DNA from: Vulcanimicrobiota bacterium
GTDB lineage: Bacteria > Vulcanimicrobiota > Vulcanimicrobiia > Vulcanimicrobiales > Vulcanimicrobiaceae
DNA length: 64,000 nucleotides
Assembly (NCBI GenBank): GCA_963838895.1
Contig: CAWIST010000003.1
Coordinates: forward strand, 8,552-72,551
Reading direction: 5' to 3'
In this document: in pieces, positions 46,031 through 56,202 of the stretch
Layout: every line of letters starts with the position of its first letter
Position numbering within the stretch: the stretch's first letter is position 1
Notes under the pieces: model-generated
Database searches by the model: none
Told to the model about the DNA's origin: nothing
The model's input: only the letters and a program-made list of their open reading frames with translations
Made by a program: the position numbers and the translations under genes

Positions 46031-46740
46031 CCGTTGCCGCGGAACTGCGGACGCACCATGTAGATGCCCAGCGCCGGCGTGTAGTTCAGCTCCGGCACCG
46101 GTTGCCCGTCGTAGCCGCGCTGCGCCACGTCGGCGGCGCTTCCGCTCGCGACGCGCCCGCACATCAGGAGTGCGCCGATCGTCGACGGGTCGCCCGGGTT
46201 CAACTCGTACCACGTTCCGGCTTTCGCGGTGTGCGCCGTAATCGTCCAACTCGGCGTCGCGACCCCGGTTGCGAAATGCGCGCGCAGTTCGCCGAGCATT
46301 TCCGCCGCGGTGTTGTGCAGGTCGCTCGTACAAGAACCGCCGCTGCGCACTTCGAATGGTGTCGCCGGAGGCGTCGTCGGAAGCTGATAGACGCGGAAAC
46401 TCTCCTGGCCGGGCTGCTGCTGCCGCATGGCGATGTACAATCCGACGGACGGCATGAACTCGAGTTGCGGAACGAGGAAGACCGCGGTGGTGCCAGGCTG
46501 ATAGAGGTGCTGCGCGGTCACGTCCTGCGCCCGCGCGAGGTGAATCGTCAGGCATCCGGCGAGCATTCGCACGCGCGTGCCTGTCTTCGGCGTGACCGTG
46601 AGCGCGTACGTCGAGCCGAGGCCGTGGTAGGCAATCGTCGCGTCCGGCAGCTCCGGCACCGCGATCGTCGCCGGGTAGCCGGCAGCGGTCTTCGCCGCCT
46701 CGATGCGCGCCTGGAACGCCTTGAGCGTGCTCGTGAGCAA
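45970..46740 (-). CDS. Protein or domain of unknown function, either a separate ORF or the frameshifted C-terminal extension of the upstream receptor-like gene
   Basis: This frame is open from ~46960 but carries no start before the TTG at 46740. Composition is protein-like (…LKAFQARIEAAKTAAGYPATIAVPELPDATIAYHGLGSTYALTV…). Confidence 0.45.
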   Translation of the reverse strand: MLTSTLKAFQARIEAAKTAAGYPATIAVPELPDATIAYHGLGSTYALTVTPKTGTRVRMLAGCLTIHLARAQDVTAQHLYQPGTTAVFLVPQLEFMPSVGLYIAMRQQQPGQESFRVYQLPTTPPATPFEVRSGGSCTSDLHNTAAEMLGELRAHFATGVATPSWTITAHTAKAGTWYELNPGDPSTIGALLMCGRVASGSAADVAQRGYDGQPVPELNYTPALGIYMVRPQFRGNGQERGAPPSPAPSPSPTASP

Positions 46741-46954
46741 CTGCGCCGCCGCAGCGTCGCTCGCGCTGCACGTCTGCGGATTGTTGTTGACGGCGAACGG
46801 CTCCGCCGGCGGTGAGGTAGGAAGCGCCGAGAAGAACGACCGGCTGCCGCCGCGACCCCGATTCGTTCGTGCCCCCCGGACCGCCGGGGCCGCCTTGCGC
46901 GCCGCGGGGAAGATCGAAAGCGGTTCCGCTCGGCGCCTGCTGCGCGCCTTGCCC

Positions 46955-49339
46955 GAATCTCACCGTGTACGTCATCGAATATTGCCGCGGAGCAAGCGGG
47001 CGCGCGAGGTTCGGCAGCACCATGCCGCCGAGGGTAACGTACGGCACCTCCCACTGCGGGCTCGCGAAGATCCCCGCATAGGCGTTCGTAATGTTGCTCG
47101 CCGCGACGGTGAGGGTTCCGTGCTGGAGCTGCGCGCTCACACCGGCATCGAAGGTCGTGTACGAAGGCAAGGCGTTCGGATTGTTGCTTCCCGTGTACTG
47201 CGCATCGAAGAGATATTCGAGCGCCGAGTTCGGGGATTTGTAATCGAACACGATTCCCGCTTTGTGCAGCGGCACGTTGGGCGTTTGCTGCCCCGAGATC
47301 ACGAACGAATATGGATTATCGATGCGCGGATCGCGCGTGAAGACGACCGCCGACGTCAAGTTGTAGTACGGCTGCACGACGAGATTGCCGAAGGTCAGGT
47401 ACGAGGTGATTTCGCCACCCTCGTATACGCGCTGCGTTCCCGAGATCGGGGTCATGAAGTAGAGCTGTGAGGCGCCGAAGGGCGTGCCCGGCGGCGCGTT
47501 ACAGCCCGCAGGCGAATCCCAAATCGGCTCGACGAGCGCCGGGTATCCCGGCGGAACGACGCCGAGCGCGGTCAACACGGAACCGTTAACGTCGACCGGC
47601 AGCACCACGTCGCTTTGCACCTGACGGTAAAGCGAGAGCGAGACGTTGCCCCCGAAAATCGTGTGCGTGTATCCGACCCGCAACGAGCTCGAAGAGCTGG
47701 CCCCAGGCTGGTCGCCGGGCGCGCTGCCGTATGCGACGTCGCCGTTACAGTCGAAGCGCAGCGACGCAGGGTCGGTCAGAATCGTTTGGCGCGTTCCTCC
47801 CGCCGCGACGCCGCCGAGCGAGTACGACAGCGCGTAGGTGTCGCGCGCGTTCGGTCGCCACGTCGCGCCGGCGCTTCCGAGAAACGTCGACGGCGCATAC
47901 GACGCGTGGCTGACGCCGAGGTTCTCGTTGAGCGTCAGTTTGTCGTTTGAATGGATCGTATCGCTGATCTGCAGCGCGTCGTACGACGACGCAGCCGCGC
48001 CGTTATAGTACGGGATCGCTTGCGGTACGAGCGGGACGTTCGACTGCGAACTCGTCGTGCCGTAGGCCTGGACGGCGATCGTGTGACGCTCGCGCGACGG
48101 GAGCGTCGCGTTGATCATGAAGCCTGAAGTCCGGCTCCGAGTCGCAAAGCCGTTGGGATCGAGCGTCCCGTTCACATAGCGATTCAGCTCGTTCTCGACG
48201 TTCCCCGAATCCATGCCGTAAATGGAGGCCTGGACGGTCGTATCGCCCAGCAACGCGTCGTCGGTGAGTGCATAGAGCGAGAAGTTGCCTTGGCTTCCGT
48301 TGTTTGGACCGTAACCGCACGGCAGTGCTCCGTCGAGGCGCAGGCAGACGAGCCCGGTGTCGACCGTCGAGCCCATGAAGGTGGCGATCAACGTCTGGGA
48401 GTCGCTGAACGCGTAGTGCAGCTTGAGCAGCTGGCCTCCGATCGAACTATCGCCCTCGTGCAGATAATCCAGGCCGCTCGTATCCAGGTAACGTTCGCCG
48501 TCGACCAAACTCGGCGCGTAACGGTCCGTGACTTCGACTGCGATGCCGAGTTTGCCGTCGGAGCCGGTTTCCGCGAGTGAGTAGTTGTATTTGCCGTACG
48601 AACCCATCGAGAGCGACGCATAACTCAGCCAGCTCAACGTCGGCTCGAGCGTCGTGAAGTTCACGCCGCCGCCGAGGCCACCGAGCTGCGGCCCGAGCCG
48701 CACGCCGGCGCCCGTGAAAAGGTCGGTCGCAAAGCCACGCAGATTGCCGGCGCTTCCCGGAGCGTTGAGCGGAATGCCGTCGAGCGAGAGCTGCGTCTGG
48801 CTCGCGTCGTGCCCTTCGAGGGAGACGGTTTGCGTGGCGTCGCTGTCGTCGCTCGACGTCGAGACGCTGACTCCGGAGAGCTTGTTGAGCGCGTCGGCAA
48901 GATCGTTGGAAAGCTTGCGTTGCACCGAATCTTGGGTGATCGTGTCGGCGGACACGATTGTCGAAGAATGCACCGTGACGTGCCCGATGACCTGGAGCTG
49001 CTGATAGTAAGCCAAGCTGACGCTGACCGTGATCGCACGGCCTTCGATGACTTCGAACTGCGGCGAGATGACGGCTTCGTAACCGTTCTTGACCACGCGC
49101 GCCCGATATATCCCGTCCGGCACGTCCGTGAAGAGGACCTCGCCGTTGCTCCCGGTGAGTTCGCTCGTGATCACCGGGCCGCTCAGGAGCACGCGGGCGA
49201 GTGCGAGCGGAGCCTTCGTGCTCGCGTCGGTCACGGCAATGCGAATCTGCCCCGAATCGCTCTGCTGCGCCACGGCGAAGGGGGAGGACATCGCAATCGC
49301 GAGCGCGGCCGTCGCGCAGGCGATCAGCCGGCGTACCAT
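46955..49339 (-). CDS. TonB-dependent-receptor-like outer-membrane protein with an N-terminal carboxypeptidase-regulatory-like domain (3' end uncertain)
   Basis: Signal peptide MVRRLIACATAALAIAMSSPFAVAQ. A CarboxypepD_reg-like stretch ...SNGEVLFTDVPDGIYRARVVKNGYEA... A plug-like region. The barrel ends ...YSMTYTVRF at 46955, but no stop follows in frame. The rest of ORF 45932..49339 is Arg-rich shadow sequence. Confidence 0.7.
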
Positions 49340-49398
49340 TGCTCGCGATTGTGCCCAAAATCGCTGGACCGTGCCTGGGAAATCGCGGAGCGCCGCTC

Positions 49399-50811
49399 CT
49401 AAATCGTGATGGTGACGGTCGTTCCGCGCCCCGGTCCGCTGTCGATGGCGATCCTTCCGCCGGCGCGCTCGACCGCCCGCTTCGCAATCGCGAGGCCGAG
49501 GCCGCTACCTGCGATCTCCCCGCGCTGATCGCCGCGGTAGAACCGCTCGAAGGCGTGCAGCCGCTCGGGCTCGGTCATGCCCGGGCCTTCGTCGCTGACC
49601 GCGATCGTCGTATGACCGTTCGTTTTGACGGCCGCAAGATGGATCGGCGATTCCGGCGCGTACTTCAGCGCGTTCTCGACGACGTTCCACAGCGCTTCGC
49701 CCAGTTCGGCGCGATCGGCGACGACCTCCGCGGTGCCCTCGACGTGGTAGTCGATGGCGCGCTGCTCGTCGTACCGGCGCGCCGCGTCACACTGCGTGCG
49801 CAGCAACTCGGCAACGTCGATCGGTTCGGGGTGCGGCTCAGTATCGGCATCGAGATGCGCTAAACGCATCAGACGATCGATGAGCCCGCGCATGTGCTCT
49901 TTTTCGAGGGCCATCGTCCCGAGAATCTGCCGCGCGATCTTCACTTCGTCGACGGCGCCGCGCCGCAGCACGTCGATGTAACCGCCGATGACGGTCAGCG
50001 GCGTCCGCAACTCGTGGCCCGCGTCCGCGACGAAGAGCCGCATCCGCTCCTCGGTTGCGCGCCGCTGCTCCATCGCCGAAGCGACCGACGCTGCCGCGTC
50101 GTTATAGGCGCCGGTCAGCGTGGCGATCTCGTCGCCGCCCGCCATCACGAAGCGCCGCTGCGTGTAATCGCCCTCGGCGAGCGCGTGCAACGAATCGGTA
50201 ACGTCGTTGAGCGGGCGCAGCGCCTGCGTGGCAACGAGGCGCCCGCCGAACCATGCGATGACGATCGCCCCCACGGCGAGAGGGATGACGACGAACCAGT
50301 ACGGCGAGAGCGAGCCGAGCAGGAGCCAGAACGACGGCTCGATCGCGACGAAGCCGCCGTCGACGGCCGTCAGCGTACGCGGCGGCGGCCCGAAGTGCGA
50401 CGGCGGGCCCGGCGCCGGCACGACGATGCGGGGATAGTGTGTCGCGCCGCGCGCATCCTCGAGCTGCGCTATGCGCTGCGCAATGATGCGATCGAGCGCC
50501 GCAGGGTGCAGGGTACGGTCCCCGGCGATGTACGTCCCGTGCTGGTCGAAGACGGCGACGCGGGTGCCGAGGTTGCTCAACTCCTGAACGATGATCGGTG
50601 CGGCTTGCCTGAGCGAGAGCGAGTTCGCGCGATAGTCCTGCGCGATGACGCGAGCCTCCTCGCGCTTACCGATCATCAACTCGAACTCGAAACGGTACAA
50701 ATCTGCGACGAGCGCAATTGCCGAGGCGAGTACGACGAGCACGATCGTTACGCCGAAGATCACGGCGTACAGCATCGACAGACGGGAGGCGATCGAGCGC
50801 TGGAAGATCAC
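49399..50811 (-). CDS. Sensor histidine kinase (HAMP + HisKA + HATPase)
   Basis: The GTG at 50811 overlaps the regulator's stop (GTGA). ...FVADAGHELRTPLTVI...NALKYAP...DEGPGM...GSGLGLAIAK... Confidence 0.85.
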   Translation of the reverse strand: MIFQRSIASRLSMLYAVIFGVTIVLVVLASAIALVADLYRFEFELMIGKREEARVIAQDYRANSLSLRQAAPIIVQELSNLGTRVAVFDQHGTYIAGDRTLHPAALDRIIAQRIAQLEDARGATHYPRIVVPAPGPPSHFGPPPRTLTAVDGGFVAIEPSFWLLLGSLSPYWFVVIPLAVGAIVIAWFGGRLVATQALRPLNDVTDSLHALAEGDYTQRRFVMAGGDEIATLTGAYNDAAASVASAMEQRRATEERMRLFVADAGHELRTPLTVIGGYIDVLRRGAVDEVKIARQILGTMALEKEHMRGLIDRLMRLAHLDADTEPHPEPIDVAELLRTQCDAARRYDEQRAIDYHVEGTAEVVADRAELGEALWNVVENALKYAPESPIHLAAVKTNGHTTIAVSDEGPGMTEPERLHAFERFYRGDQRGEIAGSGLGLAIAKRAVERAGGRIAIDSGPGRGTTVTITI

Positions 50812-51494
50812 TGCGAGAGGCCGTAACCGACGCTTCGAACGGTGCGAATGAACGAGCCGGGCTCGCCGGGGCGATCGATCTTCGCGCGCAAATACGAAAT
50901 GTAGGTTTCGACGATGTTGGGGCCGCCTTCGAAATCGTGTCCCCAGACGATCTCCAGAAGATGATCCTTGCTGAAGACGCGACGCGGCTCGCGCATGAAG
51001 ACCGACAGCAGATCGAACTCGCGATGCGTCAAGTCGAGGCTGTCTTTGCCGCGCCGCACTTCGCGCGTGTCCTGGTTGAGCGAGACGTCGCGCCAATGCA
51101 GCACGCGCTCTTCGATCAACTGCGGGCGGCGCAACTTCGCCTGCACGCGCGCGATCAGCTCTTCGAAGACGAACGGCTTGACGAGATAGTCGTCGGCACC
51201 GGCGCCCAAACTCTGCACCTTGTCGTCCAGGCTGCCCTTCGCGGTGAGCATGAGGATCGGAACGTGACTGATCTCGCGCAGCATCGGCAGCAGCGCCAAA
51301 CCGTCGATCTTCGGCATCATGATGTCGAGAATGATCACTTCGGGGTCGAAGCGGCGCACTAACTCTAGCGCCGCCTGGCCGTCGGCGGCGGTTGCCACCT
51401 CGAAGCCTTCGCGGGAGAGGCCTAGCTCGAGCATCTCGCGGACCATGCGATCGTCGTCCACGACCGCGATACGGGCGTGCTGCACACCGTTCAT
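50808..51494 (-). CDS. OmpR-family response regulator
   Basis: ...IAVVDDDRMVREML...VIILDIMMPKIDG... plus a winged-helix C-terminus ...RTVRSVGYGL. Confidence 0.9.
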   Translation of the reverse strand: MNGVQHARIAVVDDDRMVREMLELGLSREGFEVATAADGQAALELVRRFDPEVIILDIMMPKIDGLALLPMLREISHVPILMLTAKGSLDDKVQSLGAGADDYLVKPFVFEELIARVQAKLRRPQLIEERVLHWRDVSLNQDTREVRRGKDSLDLTHREFDLLSVFMREPRRVFSKDHLLEIVWGHDFEGGPNIVETYISYLRAKIDRPGEPGSFIRTVRSVGYGLSQ

Positions 51495-51555
51495 CTACGC
51501 GGAATACTCCGGCCGGACCCTGTGAGCGGCCTGAGGTTCGGGACGAAAGGCTTGC

Positions 51556-52545
51556 CTAGGCGGAGTGAATGAGGCGCGGCTTGGTTGCGGCCGCCGTGGC
51601 GCTCTTGCGCTCGAACAGGCTGTGCATCGCATCGACGACCGCCGGATCCCACTGAACGCCCTTGCCCTCCTCGAGGATCTTCAGCGCCTCTCGCGGGTTT
51701 ATCGCCGCGCGATAGGGACGGTCGGTGATCATCGCGTGATAGGAGTCCGCAACCGCGACAACTCGCGCCTCGAACGGGATCGCCGTGCCCTCGAGGCGAT
51801 CCGGATAGCCGGTGCCGTCGTACCGCTCGTGGTGCGATCGAACGATCGAGCTGCAGCGCCGAAGCGAAGGAATCCCCTCGATCATACGGGCCCCCGCGGC
51901 CGAGTGGTTCTTCATGACCTCCCACTCCTGCGAGGTAAGAGGGCCGGGCTTATTGAGAATCGCGTCGGGGGTGCCGATCTTGCCGACATCATGAAGCAAG
52001 CCGCAGAGTTCTACGAACTCCACGGCCTCGCCAGAAAGTCCCATCGCCGTCCCGATTCGTCGCGCCCACACCGCGGTCGCTTTTGAATGGCAGCAAGTCG
52101 CTGCATCGCGTTCGGCAAGCATCGTGAGTAGGACGTCAGTCGTTCGGTCCACTTCGGGAGCCGAAACCGGCTCTGCCAGCGGCCCAAAAGCCCCGCGCTG
52201 AACCTCGGCTGCGAGCAACTCGAGCGATGCCAGCACACGCCGGGCATCAACCGGGAAGCGTCTCGCCTCGACCGAGATCGCATGCGTCGCGGCGGAGAGC
52301 ACATCGCTCGCGCCTGCGCGTCCGACTCGTTTTACCTCGCGCTCGCCCCACGTTACCAATCCGATTGGCTTGCTGAGGGTAAGCGAGAGGCACAGACGAT
52401 CCAGGAGGGTCTCGAGCGACGGCTCTGTCGAGTCCAGCGCCCGGACCTCCGGGAGCGTCAAATGCTCGATCGCGCTGCGGAGCAGCGCCCCCAGGTCCCT
52501 TCCTAGGACCTCCCCGAGCTGGGAGATTGTCTGTGGTTCGAGCAT
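51556..52545 (-). CDS. HD-GYP domain protein (putative c-di-GMP phosphodiesterase)
   Basis: ...LHDVGKIGTPDAILNKPGPLTSQEWEVMKNH...HHERYDGTGYP... Confidence 0.85.
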   Translation of the reverse strand: MLEPQTISQLGEVLGRDLGALLRSAIEHLTLPEVRALDSTEPSLETLLDRLCLSLTLSKPIGLVTWGEREVKRVGRAGASDVLSAATHAISVEARRFPVDARRVLASLELLAAEVQRGAFGPLAEPVSAPEVDRTTDVLLTMLAERDAATCCHSKATAVWARRIGTAMGLSGEAVEFVELCGLLHDVGKIGTPDAILNKPGPLTSQEWEVMKNHSAAGARMIEGIPSLRRCSSIVRSHHERYDGTGYPDRLEGTAIPFEARVVAVADSYHAMITDRPYRAAINPREALKILEEGKGVQWDPAVVDAMHSLFERKSATAAATKPRLIHSA

Positions 52546-52585
52546 CCGAGACTTCCCTTTCTCTCGGCCTCGTCGTCGGTTTGGT

Positions 52586-52705
52586 CTAGCCGACTGATCC
52601 TGGCGGCATGCTGTCCACCGGGGCGGATTCTAGCATTCCGGGTAGTGCGGCCACGCCGCCGTCCACGACGAGATGCGCCGCGAGAGCGAGTAGAGCAAAA
52701 AACAT
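52586..52705 (-). CDS. Possible 39-aa small ORF upstream of the HD-GYP gene
   Basis: The ATG is preceded by AGGAGA (11-nt spacer): MFFALLALAAHLVVDGGVAALPGMLESAPVDSMPPGSVG. There is no homology evidence. Confidence 0.25.
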   Translation of the reverse strand: MFFALLALAAHLVVDGGVAALPGMLESAPVDSMPPGSVG

Positions 52706-52773
52706 GTTGTGTGGGTTCTCCTGGGTATGGGTTCTCTGTACGCAGCATACCCTATGTCGCCGAACCTTGTCTC

Positions 52774-52811
52774 TACCCAAAAGTGGGTATGCCCGTTTTT
52801 AAAAGTGGGTA
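52774..52811. promoter_or_regulatory. Candidate operator: palindrome TACCCA-N4-TGGGTA plus a second AAAAGTGGGTA half-site 22 bp away
   Basis: The plus strand reads cTACCCAAAAGTGGGTAtgcccgtttttAAAAGTGGGTAgg, in the AT-rich gap between the LAL regulator gene and the small-ORF/HD-GYP unit. Confidence 0.3.
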
Positions 52812-52831
52812 GGTTCGTTCACGCTTACTCG

Positions 52832-55465
52832 CTAGGCAAGTAAGCCTAAGCGCTCCGCGGCCCCGACGAGCTCGGCTTGGCCCTTGCAGCCGAGCTTTGC
52901 GATCGCGTGCTTGATGTGGGTCTGGATCGTTAGCAGGGAGCGGCCGGTTTCCACGGCTATCTGCTTGCGGCTCAGGCCGGCAGCCAGCAGCTGGAGGATC
53001 CGGATCTCGGTCTCCGTTAGGTGAACCTCGACCGAAGCCGTCTGGTCCATAGCCTCTCGAGCCCGGCTCACCAGCCGCGAGAAGCCGCCCAGTCCGTCCT
53101 GGTCCATTCGACCGAGCCAGTAGGAGATGTCCGGAATGAGCGCTCCCAGGCCGGCGGTCCGACAGAGGTTCCCCACGGCCTCCCGCATGGCGGCGGCCGC
53201 CGGGCGGCTCGAGAGTGAATCGCGCTTCAATATCCGCTTTGCGCTGGTATGACGCCCGGCGCTGCCCTCGGCGAGCGCCACCAAGAGCTGGGCGATTTCC
53301 AACAGGAGCGATCCGAAGCCGTTTCGGATTGGCGCATCCGCGTCGATCAGCTCGATGACGCGGGCAACCTCCGTCTTCGACTCCTTGCTTTGTCCGTCCA
53401 GAGCGAGGCAGAGCGCGTAGACGGCACGCAACACCGTCGCGTCGGTGGAACTCGCCTGCCGATCGATGATGCCGGCCAAGACGCTGCAGGCTTCGCCGAA
53501 GCGTCCCTCCCAGGCGTGCTGGTATGCATGGCTCTCGACGATGTAGACGCCGCGCGAGGCGTCGCTCGTCCGAAGCTCGCCCGCCTGACGCGCGAGGTCC
53601 GTAACACGATCGAGATTGCCGCGCCAGATTTCGAGCGCGAGCAGTCGCAGCGCCTCCGTGTGCATGTCAAAGACGTCGCCCGATTTCGCCGCGGCCATCG
53701 CCGCCTGTTGGGCGTACCAAACGGCGAGCGCGACGTCGTTCTCGCAGAATGCGGCCTCCATGACGAGCATGTCGAGCGCACGGCAGGCGAGGCTGTGCAT
53801 CGACAGGCGATTTGCGATGTCGGCGCTCTGCGAGAGCGCGAAGCGGGCGCGCTGGTCCTCGCGCAACTCCCAGGCGACCACGCCTTGCCGCTGCCGCGTC
53901 CGAGCCAGCGACGCGTCTTCTATCGCATACGCGGTTTCCGCATCGACGCGATCGAGCAGCGCTGCGGCCTTCTCCTTCTCCCCCGAACGCGCTGCGATCA
54001 CCGCGCGCAGCGCAAGGGCCTCGGCGAGGAGCGCTTGTGGAATCGATTCGCTGTCGACCATGCGATCGAGCAGCGCTTCGGCCTCCCGCGCCTTTCCCAA
54101 GTTGACATAGATGAGCGCGAGCCGCATCGCGACGCCCGCGCGCAAGGCTGCATCGCCCGTCAACTCCATGCTCCGGCGCATCAAGGGTTCCGCGTCCTCG
54201 AAGCGGCCGATGCTTGCCTCGAGGGCACCGCGCAGTGCGAGCACGACGGGATGCTCGCGCCGGTGCTCTTCCGAGATCGCGGCGATCGCCGCGAGGACGA
54301 GATCGGTGTAGCCGGTCGCGAGGAGATCGAAGCCGTGCTCCTCCGTCAGGCGAAGGACGGAGCCTTCCGCACCGGCGTCGGCATAAAGCCGCAGGGCGAC
54401 CCGAACGCGCCCGATGGTCTCGAGCGCCGACGCGATCGTGCAGCGCAGGCGGTTTTTCGCGGTCGCGCCCTCGAGTTCGAGTTGGTAGAGAACGAAATCG
54501 CGGAAAAGGTCGTGACAGCGGTAGACGCCCGGGCGAACTTCATAGAGGAAGGCGACCCGCTCGCGCAGGTCGGCAATGAGTTTTTGCGCGCGGTCAAAAC
54601 CGATCGCGACCATCGCCTCGCTATCGATCTCGGAGAGCAATGCCGTCGCTTCCAGGAAGCCGCGCTCCTCGTCGGAGAGCGAGCGGTACACCTGCTCCGC
54701 GAGATAATTGTAGATCATCTCGCGCGTCATCATCGTGATGCTGCGCAGGTCGACCGAACGCGTCGAGGTTCGCAACGCAAAACTCAGCGCCGTCGGCCAG
54801 CCGTCGGTGAGATCGATCAGCGAGCGTAACTCCTCTTCGCGCACGCCGAGCCGAAATGCGGATGCGGCTTGCTTTGCTTCCTCCGTCGAAAAGCGTAGGT
54901 CGCGCTCGTCGATCGTGAGATCGCAGTCGTTGTATGCGAGCCACGTTCCGACCGGGAGGCCGTCGACCGTTCGACTGGAGATGACCCAGCGAATGTGCCC
55001 CTTCGTCCGATCGATCAGCGCAACGAGGAAGCGGATGACCTCGGGATCTTTGTCGGCGACGTGCAGGTCGTCGATCGCAATCGTGCCGCGATATGCTTTC
55101 AGGTGCGCGTGCATCCATATCGCAAGGTCGGCGCCCGCCGTCGCCGAGGCGCGGTTGCGCTCGTAGGCGCCGGGGAAGGCCCGCCGCGCTTCGGGCGCCG
55201 CATCCTCCAGCGACTCGGAGAGGCCTCGCAGGAAGCCCGGCAGCGTGTCGTGCTCGGGGCGAAGGTCGAAGCGCATCCATGGCTCGTCGAGTTCCTGAAG
55301 GAACTGCGAGAGCGCGACCGATTTTCCGTAACCCGCAGGCGCCGCGATGACGACGATATGATGCTCAGCCGCGTTCGCAATGCGTTCGACGACGCGCGGA
55401 CGCGGGATGGGTTTAAAGGCCCCGCCGGTTTCGATGCGGCCGTCGGGACGAACGGGACGGATCAT
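52832..55465 (-). CDS. MalT/LAL-type transcriptional regulator (AAA ATPase + TPR-like repeats + C-terminal LuxR HTH)
   Basis: Walker A VVIAAPAGYGKSVAL. A long helical-repeat middle. The C-terminus reads LTETEIRILQLLAAGLSRKQIAVETGRSLLTIQTHIKHAIAKLG. Confidence 0.85.
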   Translation of the reverse strand: MIRPVRPDGRIETGGAFKPIPRPRVVERIANAAEHHIVVIAAPAGYGKSVALSQFLQELDEPWMRFDLRPEHDTLPGFLRGLSESLEDAAPEARRAFPGAYERNRASATAGADLAIWMHAHLKAYRGTIAIDDLHVADKDPEVIRFLVALIDRTKGHIRWVISSRTVDGLPVGTWLAYNDCDLTIDERDLRFSTEEAKQAASAFRLGVREEELRSLIDLTDGWPTALSFALRTSTRSVDLRSITMMTREMIYNYLAEQVYRSLSDEERGFLEATALLSEIDSEAMVAIGFDRAQKLIADLRERVAFLYEVRPGVYRCHDLFRDFVLYQLELEGATAKNRLRCTIASALETIGRVRVALRLYADAGAEGSVLRLTEEHGFDLLATGYTDLVLAAIAAISEEHRREHPVVLALRGALEASIGRFEDAEPLMRRSMELTGDAALRAGVAMRLALIYVNLGKAREAEALLDRMVDSESIPQALLAEALALRAVIAARSGEKEKAAALLDRVDAETAYAIEDASLARTRQRQGVVAWELREDQRARFALSQSADIANRLSMHSLACRALDMLVMEAAFCENDVALAVWYAQQAAMAAAKSGDVFDMHTEALRLLALEIWRGNLDRVTDLARQAGELRTSDASRGVYIVESHAYQHAWEGRFGEACSVLAGIIDRQASSTDATVLRAVYALCLALDGQSKESKTEVARVIELIDADAPIRNGFGSLLLEIAQLLVALAEGSAGRHTSAKRILKRDSLSSRPAAAAMREAVGNLCRTAGLGALIPDISYWLGRMDQDGLGGFSRLVSRAREAMDQTASVEVHLTETEIRILQLLAAGLSRKQIAVETGRSLLTIQTHIKHAIAKLGCKGQAELVGAAERLGLLA

Positions 55466-55474
55466 TCCTTTACG

Positions 55475-56188
55475 CTACCGTACCATTGGCGGGACCTGCG
55501 CGGGCATGCTGTACGCAGACCTTTTGGTGAAACTTAACTTTTGGGGAATCGGGACGTGCCCCTTGTCGATGAGCCGGCTGATCCAATAGGCGAGGAGCGC
55601 CCCGTCCCAGCGAAGACGCGGAGCGAGCCACGCCCGCTGCCTCGGGCAGGTGATCTCGCCCAACTCGAGCACGAAAGCCCCCTGGCTTGCCCGCGTCTGT
55701 CGATAGGCGTAATACTGCCGAAGGCCGCCGGTGAAGTTGTCGGGGCGAAAGCCAAAGGGGAAGTAGCGGCCGTAGAGGCGTTTCCATGACTGGGCGGCTG
55801 CCCGATCCGTCGCGGAGGGGTAGCCGATCGAGGCCGCGCTGCTGCACGCCGGGACCGCCCCGTCAAAATGAACGAAGACCGCCGCGCGCACGGCGTAGCT
55901 GCGAGCATAATCCGCGGGCAGTCTTACCACCTTGATTCCGTGACTTCTCAGGATGCGCGTCGCGGCGTCGGCGACGATCGGCGTCCACTGCCGTTCGCCG
56001 GAGGCTCCGAGGTTACAGTGGTGCGTGGGAAAACGAGCGCAACTCTGAGGACGGCCTTCGTGTCCGGCGGAGATTAGCACGTCGTAGCCGGTCACGAGCT
56101 CCGGCGGCGGGCTTGGCGTCGAAGCGAGCATGATGAACGCGGCGGCGAGAGTCGCCGGAATGCCAGGCGTATGGCAGGAGAGTCGCAT
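55475..56188 (-). CDS. Putative N-acetylmuramoyl-L-alanine amidase-like (Amidase_3-like) secreted protein
   Basis: The pattern ...VLISAGHEG...AAVFVHFDG...AFVLELGEIT... resembles the zinc-ligand layout of MurNAc-LAA amidases. N-terminal hydrophobic segment. Confidence 0.5.
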   Translation of the reverse strand: MRLSCHTPGIPATLAAAFIMLASTPSPPPELVTGYDVLISAGHEGRPQSCARFPTHHCNLGASGERQWTPIVADAATRILRSHGIKVVRLPADYARSYAVRAAVFVHFDGAVPACSSAASIGYPSATDRAAAQSWKRLYGRYFPFGFRPDNFTGGLRQYYAYRQTRASQGAFVLELGEITCPRQRAWLAPRLRWDGALLAYWISRLIDKGHVPIPQKLSFTKRSAYSMPAQVPPMVR

Positions 56189-56202
56189 ACGATATCCTCG
56201 GA

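Noticed and set aside
45932-46954. The 340-aa C-terminal tail of ORF 45932..49339 as a real domain of the receptor-like protein.
   Set aside because: It is extremely Arg-rich, overlaps a better-looking alternative frame, and runs 100 nt into the convergent tag-like gene. It is probably read-through caused by a lost stop or an indel.
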